NCBI GenBank assembly: GCA_947259795.1
Contig: CAMYNJ010000142.1
Coordinates: forward strand, 553 to 64,552
Source of the DNA: an uncultured Alphaproteobacteria bacterium
Lineage (GTDB): Bacteria; Pseudomonadota; Alphaproteobacteria; UBA8366; JADFVY01
Direction: 5' to 3'
DNA length: 64,000 bases
Both the position numbers and the translations under genes were made by a program. Below, piece after piece: positions 27,187 to 39,779 of this stretch (its first letter is position 1; the number at the start of each line of letters is the position of its first letter). Under the pieces are notes generated by a model. It had not been told where the DNA came from. It searched no databases and saw only the letters and a list, made by a program, of their open reading frames with translations.

Positions 27187-28124
27187 ATGATGAAGACATT
27201 TCTCGACTTTGAAAAACCGATCGCCGATCTCGAAGGCAAGATCGAGGAGCTGCGGCATCTTTCAGGTATCGGCGACGAGTTGAGCGTCGTCGACGAGATC
27301 ACCAGCCTGCAGGGCAAGAAGGAAAAGCTCGCCCGGCAGATTTACCAGAAGCTCGATCCGATGAAGAAGATCCAGGTGGCGCGCCATCCGGACCGGCCGC
27401 ATTTCGGCGACTATATCGGTGCGCTGGTGGAGAATTTCACGCCACTGGCCGGCGACCGCGCCTCGGGCGCTTCCGCGGCTATTCCTGCATGTTCATCGGA
27501 CACGAGAAGGGCAGCGACACGGCCTCCCGCGTGAAGCACAATTTCGGCATGGCCCGCCCGGAAGGCTACCGCAAGGCGATCCGCCTGATGGAGATGGCCG
27601 ACCATTTCCACTTGCCGGTGGTGACCTTGGTCGACACGCCCGGCGCCTATCCAGGCGTCGGCGCCGAAGAACGCGGCCAGGCGGAGGCGATTGCCCGCGC
27701 CATCGAGGCCTGCCTGAAGCTGCGTGTGCCGCTGGTCAGCGCGATCATCGGCGAAGGCGGGTCGGGCGGCGCGATCGCGCTGGCGACCGCCAACCATATC
27801 CTGATGCTGGAGCATGCGATCTATTCGGTGATCTCGCCGGAAGGCTGCGCGTCGATCCTGTGGCGCGAGAGCAACGAGGTTACGGCCAAGGCCGCGGCCG
27901 AGGCGATGCGGCTGACGGCGCAGGACCTGCTCAAGCTGGGTGTCATCGACAGGATCGTGCGCGAGCCGCTGGGCGGCGCCCATGCCCGCCCGTCGGATTC
28001 GATTTCGGCACTCGGCGACGCCATCGAGGAATCGCTGGTCGAACTGCGCGGCATCGAAGGCGGCGCGCTGAAGTCGCGGCGCCGCGTAAAATTCCTGGAA
28101 ATGGGCCGCAAGGGCCTTAGCTGA
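27187..28124 (+). pseudogene. accA: Acetyl-CoA carboxylase carboxyltransferase alpha subunit, frameshifted by an internal deletion near 27462
   Basis: Frame 1 (27187-27462): [23 protein letters not shown]...[10 protein letters not shown]. Frame 0 (from 27462): [17 protein letters not shown]...[26 protein letters not shown].... The conserved roughly 10-aa F-x-DD-x-AIVGG segment between them is absent. Confidence 0.8.
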
Positions 28125-28241
28125 TTCCGGCGGGAAGTCCGGTCCCGTCTGCGCGGTGCCGTTTCGCATGGCAGGCGTCGTTCTTGTTCCCGGGCAGGAA
28201 TAGTTCTTGACGCGGTTCCCGCAATCTGGCGGCCTCTACCT

Positions 28242-28730
28242 ATGAAACAGAGGCTGGCTATTCGCGAATATCGGCCGGAAGACGAGGGCCATGTCATCGA
28301 GATCGTGCGCGACCTGCAGCGGCACGAAGGGACTCTGCACGACCGCATGTTGCCGCCCGACGCAATTGGCGGATGGTATGTAGAGCAGCAATTGCGGGCA
28401 TGTGACCTGGCGGGTGGTGCCATGCTGGTCGCCGAGTACGCGGGCGCGGCGGTTGGTTACGCGTCGCTGCTGATGGATGAATCGTCGGCCGGTGACATAG
28501 ACGAAATCGACTATTTCTACGCCTACGTAAGTGATCTGGGCGTGAGGCAGGCCATGCGAGGGCGTGGGGTCGGTACCGCCTTGCTGGCCGCCTGCGAGGA
28601 ACGGGCGCGGCAGGCCGGCCGGAAATGGGTCCGTCTTTCGGTACTTGCCGCGAATGGCGATGCCTTGAGGCTATACCGCCGGCTGGGATTCGATCCGCAT
28701 ATTGTCCTGCTGGAAAAGCGCCTGGACTGA
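28242..28730 (+). CDS. GNAT family N-acetyltransferase
   Basis: 162 aa. Motif A VRQAMRGRGVGTALLAACEERAR. Confidence 0.8.
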   Translation: MKQRLAIREYRPEDEGHVIEIVRDLQRHEGTLHDRMLPPDAIGGWYVEQQLRACDLAGGAMLVAEYAGAAVGYASLLMDESSAGDIDEIDYFYAYVSDLGVRQAMRGRGVGTALLAACEERARQAGRKWVRLSVLAANGDALRLYRRLGFDPHIVLLEKRLD

Positions 28731-28836
28731 TGTTCTGGGTCGCATTGGCGCCGCAATCGAGGAATCGCCGGCCGAACCGCGCGGCGCCGGTCAGAGCGGG
28801 TCGAATTCCACCTTAGCGTCGAATCCGGTGAGGCTC

Positions 28837-31614
<2,778 letters not shown>

Positions 31615-31866
31615 GGATAAAATAACCCCGGATTTGAAAGAATCGCGTAAGGCGGCGCGAACGGGCGCGCCGGACCGCGAATGTCACATAAGGGGCCGGG
31701 GGCTTCCTGTCAACGACGGCGGGCGATTCCACGGTTGTCTTCAAATCCTGTTCATCTTCGGTTTATACGGTGTTTGCGATCCTTGTCGCGAGGGGGCGAA
31801 TATGCTTTATGCGCCCCCAGACAAGGGCCGCGGCCCAACCGGAAAATTACGTGAGAGGATTTGTTA

Positions 31867-32865
31867 ATGGCGAAACTCAAGATAGCCTTCATCGCCCTGG
31901 CGGGCGCCGGCCTGATCGCCGGCGCCTATGTCTGGTTCGGCAACCAGCCGGCGGCGGTGGCGCAGACCGAGAGCGAGGCGGCGGTCGCGCCGGCCGAAGA
32001 AGAGCTGGCGGTCGCGCCGGTCGCGGGCGAGGTGGTGATCGCGAAGGTGAACGGCGAAAATATCTATCGCGGCGAGTTTGATGACGCCTATGCCCAGCTG
32101 CCGCCCCAGGCCCAGCAACTGGGCATGGAAATGATCTATTCGCTGCTGCTGGAGCGCATGGTCGACGAAAAGCTGATCGGCATTGCCGCCGGCAAGGCGA
32201 TTCCGGCCGACGATCCGGAAGTCGAGAAACAGATGGCGACGCTGCGCGAACGAATCGTCATGCAGGTCTATTTCGAGCGCGAGGTCGATGCGAAGCTGAC
32301 CGATGAGATGCTGCAGCAGCGCTACGACCTGTGGAAGGAGGCCAACCCGGCCGCGTCGGAAGTGCATGCCCGCCACATCCTGCTGGAGACCGAGGAGAAG
32401 GCCAGGGAAGTGCTGGCCGAGCTGCAGGGCGGCAAGGACTTCGCCGCGGCCGCCCAGGAGCATTCCACCGGACCCAGCGGCCCGAACGGCGGCGACCTGG
32501 GCTACTTTACCGCTGAACAGATGGTCAAACCCTTCGCCGACGCGGCTTTCGCCATGGAGTCGGGGCAGGTTTCGGCCGACCCGGTCAAGAGCGATTTCGG
32601 GTGGCATATCATCAAGGTCGAGGATCGCCGCGAGCAGGCGCAGCCCAGCCTGGACGAAATGCGCGACCAGCTGACCCAGGAAGCCACCCAGGAAATTGCC
32701 GCCGACATGATGGCGGCCCTGCGCGAGGGCGCCGAAATCGAGACCTTCGATATTGACGGCAACCCGATGCCGGCCGAGGAAGAGGCCGCCGAATCCGAAG
32801 AGGAGCAGTCTGCCGAAGAGGAGCAGCCCGCTGAAGGCAGCGAGGAGCAGCCGGCGCAGCAGTAA
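31867..32865 (+). CDS. Peptidyl-prolyl cis-trans isomerase, parvulin (PpiC/SurA-like) with N-terminal anchor and acidic C-terminal tail
   Basis: ATG at 31867 is preceded by GAGAGGA. Parvulin core HARHILL...GGDLGYF...FGWHIIKVEDRR. The tail is EEEAAESEEEQSAEEEQ. Confidence 0.85.
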   Translation: MAKLKIAFIALAGAGLIAGAYVWFGNQPAAVAQTESEAAVAPAEEELAVAPVAGEVVIAKVNGENIYRGEFDDAYAQLPPQAQQLGMEMIYSLLLERMVDEKLIGIAAGKAIPADDPEVEKQMATLRERIVMQVYFEREVDAKLTDEMLQQRYDLWKEANPAASEVHARHILLETEEKAREVLAELQGGKDFAAAAQEHSTGPSGPNGGDLGYFTAEQMVKPFADAAFAMESGQVSADPVKSDFGWHIIKVEDRREQAQPSLDEMRDQLTQEATQEIAADMMAALREGAEIETFDIDGNPMPAEEEAAESEEEQSAEEEQPAEGSEEQPAQQ

Positions 32866-32870
32866 CCGCA

Positions 32871-34103
32871 ATGACCGGCGTTTCACCCTTCGCACCCGCG
32901 CATTTTCCCGATCTTCAGCCGGTCGCCGGCGTCCGTATGGCGGGCGCGGCGACCGGGCTCAAGAAGGCGAAGGGCGTGCACGACCTGATGCTGGTGGAAT
33001 TCGCACCGGGGACGACGGTGGCCGGAGTCTATACGCGATCGCTCTGCCCTTCGGCGCCGGTGGAATGGTGCCGCAGGATCCTGCCCGGGGGCAGGGCGCG
33101 CGGCCTTGTGGTCAATTCCGGCAACGCCAACGCCTTCACCGGCACGAAGGGCGACCGGACGGTCGAGGCCACGGCGAAGGCGGCGGCGGCGATCCTGGGC
33201 GCGAAGCCGCGGGAGATTTTCGTCGCCTCGACCGGCGTGATCGGCAATATCCTGCCCGAGGACGCCATTCCGCAGCGGCTGCCGGGCCTGGCGGAAACGC
33301 TGTCCGGCGGCGGCTGGCGGGATGCCGCGCAGGCGATCATGACCACCGACACCTTTCCCAAGGGCGCTTCGCGCACCACGCGAATCGGCGATGCGACGGT
33401 TACCGTCGCGGGCATCGCCAAGGGGTCGGGCATGATCGCGCCCGACATGGCGACGATGCTGTCCTTCGTCTTTACCGATGCAAAGATCCCCGCCGATGTG
33501 CTGCAGGCGGTGCTGAAGCGCGGCGCCGACCGATCCTTCAACGCGATCACGGTGGACAGCGATACCTCGACCAGCGACACGCTGATGCTGTTTGCCACCG
33601 GCCAGGCGAAGCATCCGAAGGTAACGGCCGCCGGCGACCGAACCTTGAGCGATTTCCGCCGCGCGGTGGAGGAGGTTCTGGCCGACCTGGCGACCCAGGT
33701 GGTCAAGGACGGCGAGGGCGCGTCCAAATTCATCACCATCGACGTGACCGGCGCGGCCTCGGCCCGCGCGGCGCGGCGCATCGGCCTTTCCATCGCCAAC
33801 TCGCCGCTGGTGAAAACAGCGATCGCCGGCGAGGACGCCAACTGGGGCCGCATCGTCATGGCCGTCGGCAAGGCCGGCGAGAAGGCTGACCGCGACAGGC
33901 TGTCGATTGCCATGGGTGGCGTCCAGATCACCCGGGACGGCCAGTTGCTGCCCGATTACGACGAGGCGCCGGTGGCCGGCCATCTGAAGGGTCGCGAGGT
34001 GCATATCGCGGTCGATATCGGCATCGGCCGCGGCCGCGCGCGGGTCTGGACCTGCGACCTGACCCATGACTATATCGCCATCAATGCGGATTACCGCAGT
34101 TAG
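32871..34103 (+). CDS. argJ: Bifunctional glutamate N-acetyltransferase / amino-acid acetyltransferase ArgJ
   Basis: 410 aa. Autoprocessing region GMIAPDMATMLSFVFTDA, with C-terminal DLTHDYIAINADYRS. Confidence 0.95.
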   Translation: MTGVSPFAPAHFPDLQPVAGVRMAGAATGLKKAKGVHDLMLVEFAPGTTVAGVYTRSLCPSAPVEWCRRILPGGRARGLVVNSGNANAFTGTKGDRTVEATAKAAAAILGAKPREIFVASTGVIGNILPEDAIPQRLPGLAETLSGGGWRDAAQAIMTTDTFPKGASRTTRIGDATVTVAGIAKGSGMIAPDMATMLSFVFTDAKIPADVLQAVLKRGADRSFNAITVDSDTSTSDTLMLFATGQAKHPKVTAAGDRTLSDFRRAVEEVLADLATQVVKDGEGASKFITIDVTGAASARAARRIGLSIANSPLVKTAIAGEDANWGRIVMAVGKAGEKADRDRLSIAMGGVQITRDGQLLPDYDEAPVAGHLKGREVHIAVDIGIGRGRARVWTCDLTHDYIAINADYRS

Positions 34104-34105
34104 GA

Positions 34106-34696
34106 ATGGCCGTGTCTGATCGGCCGGCCAACGCCCCTCCGCCCGCTGGCAGCCCGATGGCGCATTTGCCGCTGGAAACGGATCGGCTGCTGCTGCGCGC
34201 TTACGCGCGCGACGATGCGGCCGAGATTGTCCGGCTGCTCGACGACGCCGAAATGGCGCGTTTCCTGATGGTGATCCCGCATCCTTTCGTCGAGTTCGAC
34301 GCGCGAACGCTGGTCAAGGCGGCCTGGCGGCGGCTCACCTGCGGGCGCGGTTTCGATCTGTTGATTACGGTGAAGGGAGAGGGCGGCAGGCCGGTGGGCA
34401 GCATTGGTGTCGGCCTGCATGACGAAGGCGCACGCGGTGAACTGGGCTTCTGGATCGGGCGCGACTATTGGGGCCGGGGCTACGCCAGCGAGGCGGCGCG
34501 CCGGATGATCGAATTCGCCACCGAAGCGCTCGGCGTGGCGCGCCTCACCGGCACGGTCGCCGCCGGCAACGATGCCTCGTTGGCCGTTCTCGTCAAGCTC
34601 GGTTTTATCGAGATCGGGCGCGGCGAAAAACATGTGCCGTCGACCGGCAATATGCGCGAGGTTATCTATTTCGAATTGCAGACGGGCGGGCGATGA
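34106..34696 (+). CDS. GNAT family N-acetyltransferase (RimJ/RimL-like)
   Basis: 196 aa. LETDRLLLRAY..., WGRGYASEAARRMIEFA. An alternative start is M18 at 34157. Confidence 0.8.
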   Translation: MAVSDRPANAPPPAGSPMAHLPLETDRLLLRAYARDDAAEIVRLLDDAEMARFLMVIPHPFVEFDARTLVKAAWRRLTCGRGFDLLITVKGEGGRPVGSIGVGLHDEGARGELGFWIGRDYWGRGYASEAARRMIEFATEALGVARLTGTVAAGNDASLAVLVKLGFIEIGRGEKHVPSTGNMREVIYFELQTGGR

Positions 34697-35106
34697 GCGG
34701 CGGCGGAAAACCGATTCTGCTGGTCGCCGCGGTGGCGCTGCTGGACGCCGACAATCGGGTACTGCTCAGCCGCCGGCCCGCGGGCAAGCATATGGCCGGC
34801 CTGTGGGAATTCCCCGGCGGCAAGATCCATGACGGCGAAACGCCCGAGGCTGCCCTGATCCGCGAGATGAACGAGGAACTGGCCATCGACACGGCCGAAA
34901 GCTGCCTCGCACCGCTGACCTTCGCCAGCCATGAATACGAGGATTTCCACCTGCTGATGCCGCTCTATGTCTGCCGCAAATGGAAGGGCATCGTCACGCC
35001 GGCCGAGGGCCAGGAACTGAAATGGGTCCGCAAGCAGGCGCTGACCGACTACCCCATGCCCCCGGCGGACGCGCCGCTGATCCCGATTTTGTATGACTGG
35101 CTTTAG
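34693..35106 (+). CDS. mutT: 8-oxo-dGTP diphosphatase (Nudix, MutT)
   Basis: 137 aa. Nudix box GGKIHDGETPEAALIREMNEELAI. ATGA overlap with the upstream GNAT stop. Confidence 0.85.
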   Translation: MSGGGKPILLVAAVALLDADNRVLLSRRPAGKHMAGLWEFPGGKIHDGETPEAALIREMNEELAIDTAESCLAPLTFASHEYEDFHLLMPLYVCRKWKGIVTPAEGQELKWVRKQALTDYPMPPADAPLIPILYDWL

Positions 35107-35158
35107 CGACGACCGGTAATGCCGGCATATCCCGACGCCTCGCACTCAGTCCTCGTCC

Positions 35159-35929
35159 TCACCACTCTCCCTCAAGCGGGGGGGCCGTTTGCGCCAGGTA
35201 GAACTGCGCGAATATCGCCGCGCCCAGCAGTTCACTGACAACGCGGAAGGTGGCGCCCAGCGCGGCGTCGAAATATTGCATCGCCATCGTCGGGTCCTCC
35301 ACCGCCAGCGGCGCGCCCAGAATTACGGCGAGGAATTGAATCGGCATCCAGCAGAGCAGGAAGGCGAAGCCGATCCGCCAACCGGTTTCGCGCGTCGCCG
35401 TCCAGGAGCGGCGATAGCGATGGTCGGATTCTGCTGCTGCTGCCGGGACCGACAGCCCCAGCCGCCCGTAAAACAGGTAAAAACCGATGATGATCGTCGT
35501 CAAATAGATGAAAAGAATGTCCGGGCGCGGCGTGGCTTCGCCACCCGCCGCGACCGCCTGAACCGACATGGCCGTAACCGGCGCAAGGGCCGCCAGGACC
35601 ATGATATCGAGCCCCACCCAGCGGAGCATCAGCGCGACCGACCACCACATCGCCGGGCGTGCCGTCATGGCCGGGTCGGCCACCGTCAGCAGCCTCCGGT
35701 ACCACGGCATCAGCAGCATCACCGCCGGCGGCGCTGCCAGAACCGTGAACAGCAGTTGCCAGGCCAGCACGCCCATGCCTTCCGGCTCGAAGGCCGCTTC
35801 CAGCCTGTGCAGGGCGATGAAAAGCAGGAAGGGAACCAGCGCGATACGGGCAAGTGCCGCCGCATTGCCGATAACCAGCCGCCAGCTTTCGATTACCGCC
35901 TCGATCAGGCCGGGGCCCGATCCGTTCAT
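35159..35929 (-). CDS. Polytopic membrane protein, paralog 3 of a tandem triplet (unknown function)
   Basis: 256 aa, about 6 TM. Shares LARIALVPFLLFI, LMPWYRRLL and YRRSWTATRETGWRIGFAFL motif positions with the two upstream paralogs. Confidence 0.7.
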   Translation of the reverse strand: MNGSGPGLIEAVIESWRLVIGNAAALARIALVPFLLFIALHRLEAAFEPEGMGVLAWQLLFTVLAAPPAVMLLMPWYRRLLTVADPAMTARPAMWWSVALMLRWVGLDIMVLAALAPVTAMSVQAVAAGGEATPRPDILFIYLTTIIIGFYLFYGRLGLSVPAAAAESDHRYRRSWTATRETGWRIGFAFLLCWMPIQFLAVILGAPLAVEDPTMAMQYFDAALGATFRVVSELLGAAIFAQFYLAQTAPPLEGEW

Positions 35930-36708
35930 GAAGTGGCTTTCCGGGATTTGCCCGAACCGGCCGCGAGCCGGCTATACGCACCCGCCAGGGCGCCACCGCA
36001 GAGCATGACATAGAGCGTGAGCAGAACGCCGCTCGCCGCCGACTGCGCCAGCGCCGGCATGCCGTCCGGCAGCAGGGCGAGCGCCAGGGCGGCCGGCAGG
36101 ACGGTCAGATAGAAGATCAGCAGCAGCCGGATGCTGTTGCCGGCGCCGATGCGCCAGACGCGGTTGGCGGTGTCAGGCAGCGAGATCGGCGTCTTGCCGG
36201 CGGCCGCGATTGCGGTCAGCATCAGGGCCGCGCGCATCAGCAGCAGCCCGCCGGGGAAGACCAGCAGAGCCAGCCCCGCCAGTCCGATCGCAATATTGCT
36301 CGTGCCGTCGGTCACCTCCTGGGTGGCGGTCAGGCCTTCAATGAGGATCGGTACCAGCAGCGGCACGAACAGCACGCCGACAAGCGGGAAATGCAGCAGG
36401 CTGAAGAATTCCGCACGGCCGGCCCGCAAGCCCGTTATGCCCTTGCGCGGATGGCTTTCGGGCAGCGCGTAACGTTGCCAGGCGACCAGCGCCTGCACCA
36501 GGACGGCGAAATTCAGCAGGGCGAAGACGACGCGCCAGAAATCGCCGACCGGCGGGCCGTCCGCCGCGACTTGCGAGAACGCACCGACGGCGAAGATCAG
36601 CAGCGCCGGAATCCAGACCACGCGCAGCGCATAGTCCGGCCGCGCCGCGAACTGCCGCCAGGCGGCCAGGACGGTGGCGCCGACCGGCAAGGTGACTTGC
36701 TCGTTCAT
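35926..36708 (-). CDS. Polytopic membrane protein, paralog 2 of a tandem triplet (unknown function)
   Basis: 260 aa. ALRVVWIPALLIF, LVAWQRYAL, ANRVWRIGAGNSIRLLLIFY. 4-nt ATGA overlaps at both ends. Confidence 0.7.
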   Translation of the reverse strand: MNEQVTLPVGATVLAAWRQFAARPDYALRVVWIPALLIFAVGAFSQVAADGPPVGDFWRVVFALLNFAVLVQALVAWQRYALPESHPRKGITGLRAGRAEFFSLLHFPLVGVLFVPLLVPILIEGLTATQEVTDGTSNIAIGLAGLALLVFPGGLLLMRAALMLTAIAAAGKTPISLPDTANRVWRIGAGNSIRLLLIFYLTVLPAALALALLPDGMPALAQSAASGVLLTLYVMLCGGALAGAYSRLAAGSGKSRKATS

Positions 36709-37598
36709 CCTGTCTTCTCCTCTGTCGGTTCCGGGTCCAGCCCCAGCGCGAACAACGACAGCACCGTCCCCGTGACCAGGATGAACAGCAGGAACGCCGC
36801 GCTGGTTATCAGGGCGAGCGGGTAATAAAGAAAACTATCCGACAAGTAACCTGTCACCTTCGTCAGCCCCCATATGACAAACTGCAGCGGCGCCATGACG
36901 ATCAGCGATGCCAGCACCATGCGCGCGCCATTGCCCCTGCTGATATACCACGCGCGCTCGAATCGCGCCTCCTTTCCGGTGGCCGTCGCCGGCAGCACCA
37001 GCGACAGGCGGGTCGTCAGGTAAATCGCGGCGATCGTGGCCGGGATCATACCAATCTGGCCGACCAGGGTAAGCTGCCCTGCCTGTTCGCCCAGCGCCAG
37101 CCCGGCGCCACCCATGATCAGGATCGAGACAAGCTGTATCACCAGCATGACCAGCAGCGCCAACATGACGATGGCGATGTCGGCGGCGAACAGGATGCTG
37201 ATGAACAGAAGGCTGATCAGCATCCAGCGGGCCAGATACTTGACTTCATCCAGGGAGATGCGCATCGGCAACGCCCGGCCGCCGAAGTCGTAACCCTGCA
37301 TGACCAGCCGGTGCCAGACCACCAGCGTCATCGCTGCGACGGCCGACTGGATGAGGACATTGACTATCGTGCTGCCCAGCAGGGGCGCGATCCGGCTTGC
37401 GGCGGCGTCCGGGTCCGACAGGTCCGGTAGCGGCTCGAAGGTTCCGAAAATCAGGTTCAGCGCATAAAGCATGACCAGCGGCAGCCACCCCACCCGCACC
37501 GCATCGCGCGGATGGTCGATGAGAAACCGATAGCTCGCCAGCGCGATGTCGACGACCGACAGCTTGACCGTTGGTTCCGTTTTACCCGTCTTCCGCAT
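36705..37598 (-). CDS. Polytopic membrane protein, paralog 1 of a tandem triplet (unknown function)
   Basis: 297 aa. AVRVGWLPLVMLY, VVWHRLVMQG, FERAWYISRGNGARMVLASL. Confidence 0.7.
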   Translation of the reverse strand: MRKTGKTEPTVKLSVVDIALASYRFLIDHPRDAVRVGWLPLVMLYALNLIFGTFEPLPDLSDPDAAASRIAPLLGSTIVNVLIQSAVAAMTLVVWHRLVMQGYDFGGRALPMRISLDEVKYLARWMLISLLFISILFAADIAIVMLALLVMLVIQLVSILIMGGAGLALGEQAGQLTLVGQIGMIPATIAAIYLTTRLSLVLPATATGKEARFERAWYISRGNGARMVLASLIVMAPLQFVIWGLTKVTGYLSDSFLYYPLALITSAAFLLFILVTGTVLSLFALGLDPEPTEEKTG

Positions 37599-37619
37599 CC
37601 TTGCTTCCCCTTGCGCTCG

Positions 37620-38546
37620 CTAGTTATCCCGCAGGGGTGGCGCCTTGCCTCCCACCGGTTTTTCCCCCGCACCCAGAGCGTCGGCCAGGCGGGCGGTGGC
37701 GCTGCCCCGTTTCAACGGCTTCTGCTGCGACGGGTCGGGAGCCCAGCCGGTCAGATAGACGATCTGGAAGCTGGCGGGGATGCGGCCGTCCGGGCCTCCA
37801 TGGCGTTCGCGGTATATCTCCGCGGCGCGCAGGATGATGCCGCGGCGGGTGAAATGGCGCGGCATCGCGGCCAGCGCGTTGGCTTCGCCCATGCCGCGCA
37901 GGTCGGCCATCAGCCTCAGCGCGTTCTCGTAGCGTACCGGGATCAGGTCGCCGTCGGCCACCGGCAGGGCGAAGCCGCCTCGCTGCAACAGCGCTCCGGC
38001 GTCGCGCAAATCGACGAAGGGCGAGACGCGCGGGCTGGCGCCGCCGGCCAGTTCCGTCTCCGCCTCCAGCAGAGCGCCGCGCAGTTCCCCCAGAGTGCCG
38101 CCGCCGGCCAGCGCGGCCAGGAACAGCCCGTCGGGTTTCAGCGCCCGGCGGATCTGGACCAGCGCCCCCGGCAGGTCGTTGACCCAGTGCAGCGACATGT
38201 TGCTGACGATCAGATCGAATTTCCCCTCGCCGAAGGGCAGAGCGTCCGCCTCCGCCGCCAACGCCAGCCCGCCGGCGCAGCGCGCCATGGCGGGGGCGGG
38301 GTCGCACTGGATCAACCTCTCGATGCCGCCGCGTGCACCCACGATTTGCCCGAACTCGCCACCGTGGCAGCCCAGGTCGAGGGCCAGCGGAAAGGTTCGC
38401 TTGATGTCGGCCAGCCGGTCGGCCAGCCGCTCCGCCACCGCCCGGAACAGGAAGTCGTGCTCGGCAAGGCGGGTGGCCGCGCGCGTCCGGTGGGCGCGCA
38501 CCAGTCGCGGCGCGAAGACCTTCATGGGCGATGTCGACTCGGTCAT
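37620..38546 (-). CDS. Class I SAM-dependent methyltransferase (BioC/NDUFAF5-like)
   Basis: 308 aa. ALDLGCHGG, FDLIVSNMSLHWVNDLPGAL, LKPDGLFLAA. 21 nt upstream of the membrane triplet on the same strand. Confidence 0.8.
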   Translation of the reverse strand: MTESTSPMKVFAPRLVRAHRTRAATRLAEHDFLFRAVAERLADRLADIKRTFPLALDLGCHGGEFGQIVGARGGIERLIQCDPAPAMARCAGGLALAAEADALPFGEGKFDLIVSNMSLHWVNDLPGALVQIRRALKPDGLFLAALAGGGTLGELRGALLEAETELAGGASPRVSPFVDLRDAGALLQRGGFALPVADGDLIPVRYENALRLMADLRGMGEANALAAMPRHFTRRGIILRAAEIYRERHGGPDGRIPASFQIVYLTGWAPDPSQQKPLKRGSATARLADALGAGEKPVGGKAPPLRDN

Positions 38547-38624
38547 GACGGGCCGAATATGGCCCGTCGCGCGATTTCGGGCAAAGGGTAATAGTCAGGT
38601 GCGCCGGGTTCGGGGTAAGCTTGG

Positions 38625-39440
38625 TTGAAACCTGGGCAGGGAGGCCCCACCGGATTGTCGTCGATCATCGGTCAGCCGCGGCCCGTTCGCGCGGCCCCCG
38701 CACGGCTGCTGGCGCCGCTGCGGCGGTTGGTGGACAGCATGCTGCCGCCGCGCTGCCTGCATTGCCAGGCGATGGTGGAAGGCGACGGCGCGCTCTGTCC
38801 CGATTGCTGGCCGCTGTTCGATTTCCTGGCGCCACCGCTCTGCGAAAGCTGCGGGTTTCCGTTCGAATACGACCCGGGCCCGCATGATACGGTCTGCGGC
38901 GCCTGCCATGCCCATCCGCCGCATTTCGACCGCGCCCGCTCGGTCCTTGTCTATGGAGAAAACTGCCGCACTCTGATCCTGTATTTCAAGCATGGAGACC
39001 GAACCTGTCCGGCGCCAGCCTTCGGCCGCTGGCTGGCGCGCGCCGGCGGCGGCATGATCGGCGAGGCCGACCTCGCCGTGCCGGTGCCGCTGCACCGCAG
39101 CAGGCTTTATGCGCGCCGCTACAACCAGGCCTCTCTGCTGGCCCTGGCGCTGGGTCGCGAGACCGGACTGGCGGTGGAGCCCGAATTGCTGACCCGCCAC
39201 CGCCCGACGCCCTCGCAGGGGCGCATGTCGCCCGCGGCCCGGCGGCGCAATGTGCGCGGCGCCTTTCGCCTGCGTCGGGGATTCGAGGAAATGGTGCGCG
39301 GCCGCCGCATATTGCTGGTCGACGATGTTTTTACCACCGGGGCCACCGCGGGCGAATGCGCGCGCTGCTTGAAACGCGCCGGCGCGGCCGCCGTCGACGT
39401 GTTGACGCTGGCCCGCGTGGTGCGCCCGCGCGGCGAATGA
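38625..39440 (+). CDS. ComF family protein (phosphoribosyltransferase domain, double zinc-ribbon N-terminus)
   Basis: LPPRCLHCQ...CPDCW, and PRTase motif ILLVDDVFTTGAT. Precise start uncertain. Confidence 0.8.
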   Translation: MKPGQGGPTGLSSIIGQPRPVRAAPARLLAPLRRLVDSMLPPRCLHCQAMVEGDGALCPDCWPLFDFLAPPLCESCGFPFEYDPGPHDTVCGACHAHPPHFDRARSVLVYGENCRTLILYFKHGDRTCPAPAFGRWLARAGGGMIGEADLAVPVPLHRSRLYARRYNQASLLALALGRETGLAVEPELLTRHRPTPSQGRMSPAARRRNVRGAFRLRRGFEEMVRGRRILLVDDVFTTGATAGECARCLKRAGAAAVDVLTLARVVRPRGE

Positions 39441-39515
39441 TCGCGGGGCTTGGAAGATTGCGCGGATTGACCTATTTATAGGCGGTCTTACTGATATTTC
39501 GGAGCAAGGCGGCCG

Positions 39516-39779
39516 ATGGCCAATGTTGAAATCTATACCAGCCCCTGGTGCGGTTATTGCCACCGCGCGAAGCGCCTTCTGGACAAGAAGGGCGTGCTCT
39601 ACACCGAGTATGACGTGACCGTCGAACCGGGCCGCCGCCAGGAAATGATGCAGCGCGCGCCCGGCAGCTACACCGTGCCGCAGATATTCATCGACGACAA
39701 GGGAATTGGCGGCTGCGACGAACTGTTCGAGCTCGATTTCGATGGCGAACTCGACCCGATGCTGGGAATAGCCGCATGA
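39516..39779 (+). CDS. grxC: Glutaredoxin 3
   Basis: 87 aa. Active site CGYC, TVPQIFI, GGCDEL. Confidence 0.92.
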   Translation: MANVEIYTSPWCGYCHRAKRLLDKKGVLYTEYDVTVEPGRRQEMMQRAPGSYTVPQIFIDDKGIGGCDELFELDFDGELDPMLGIAA

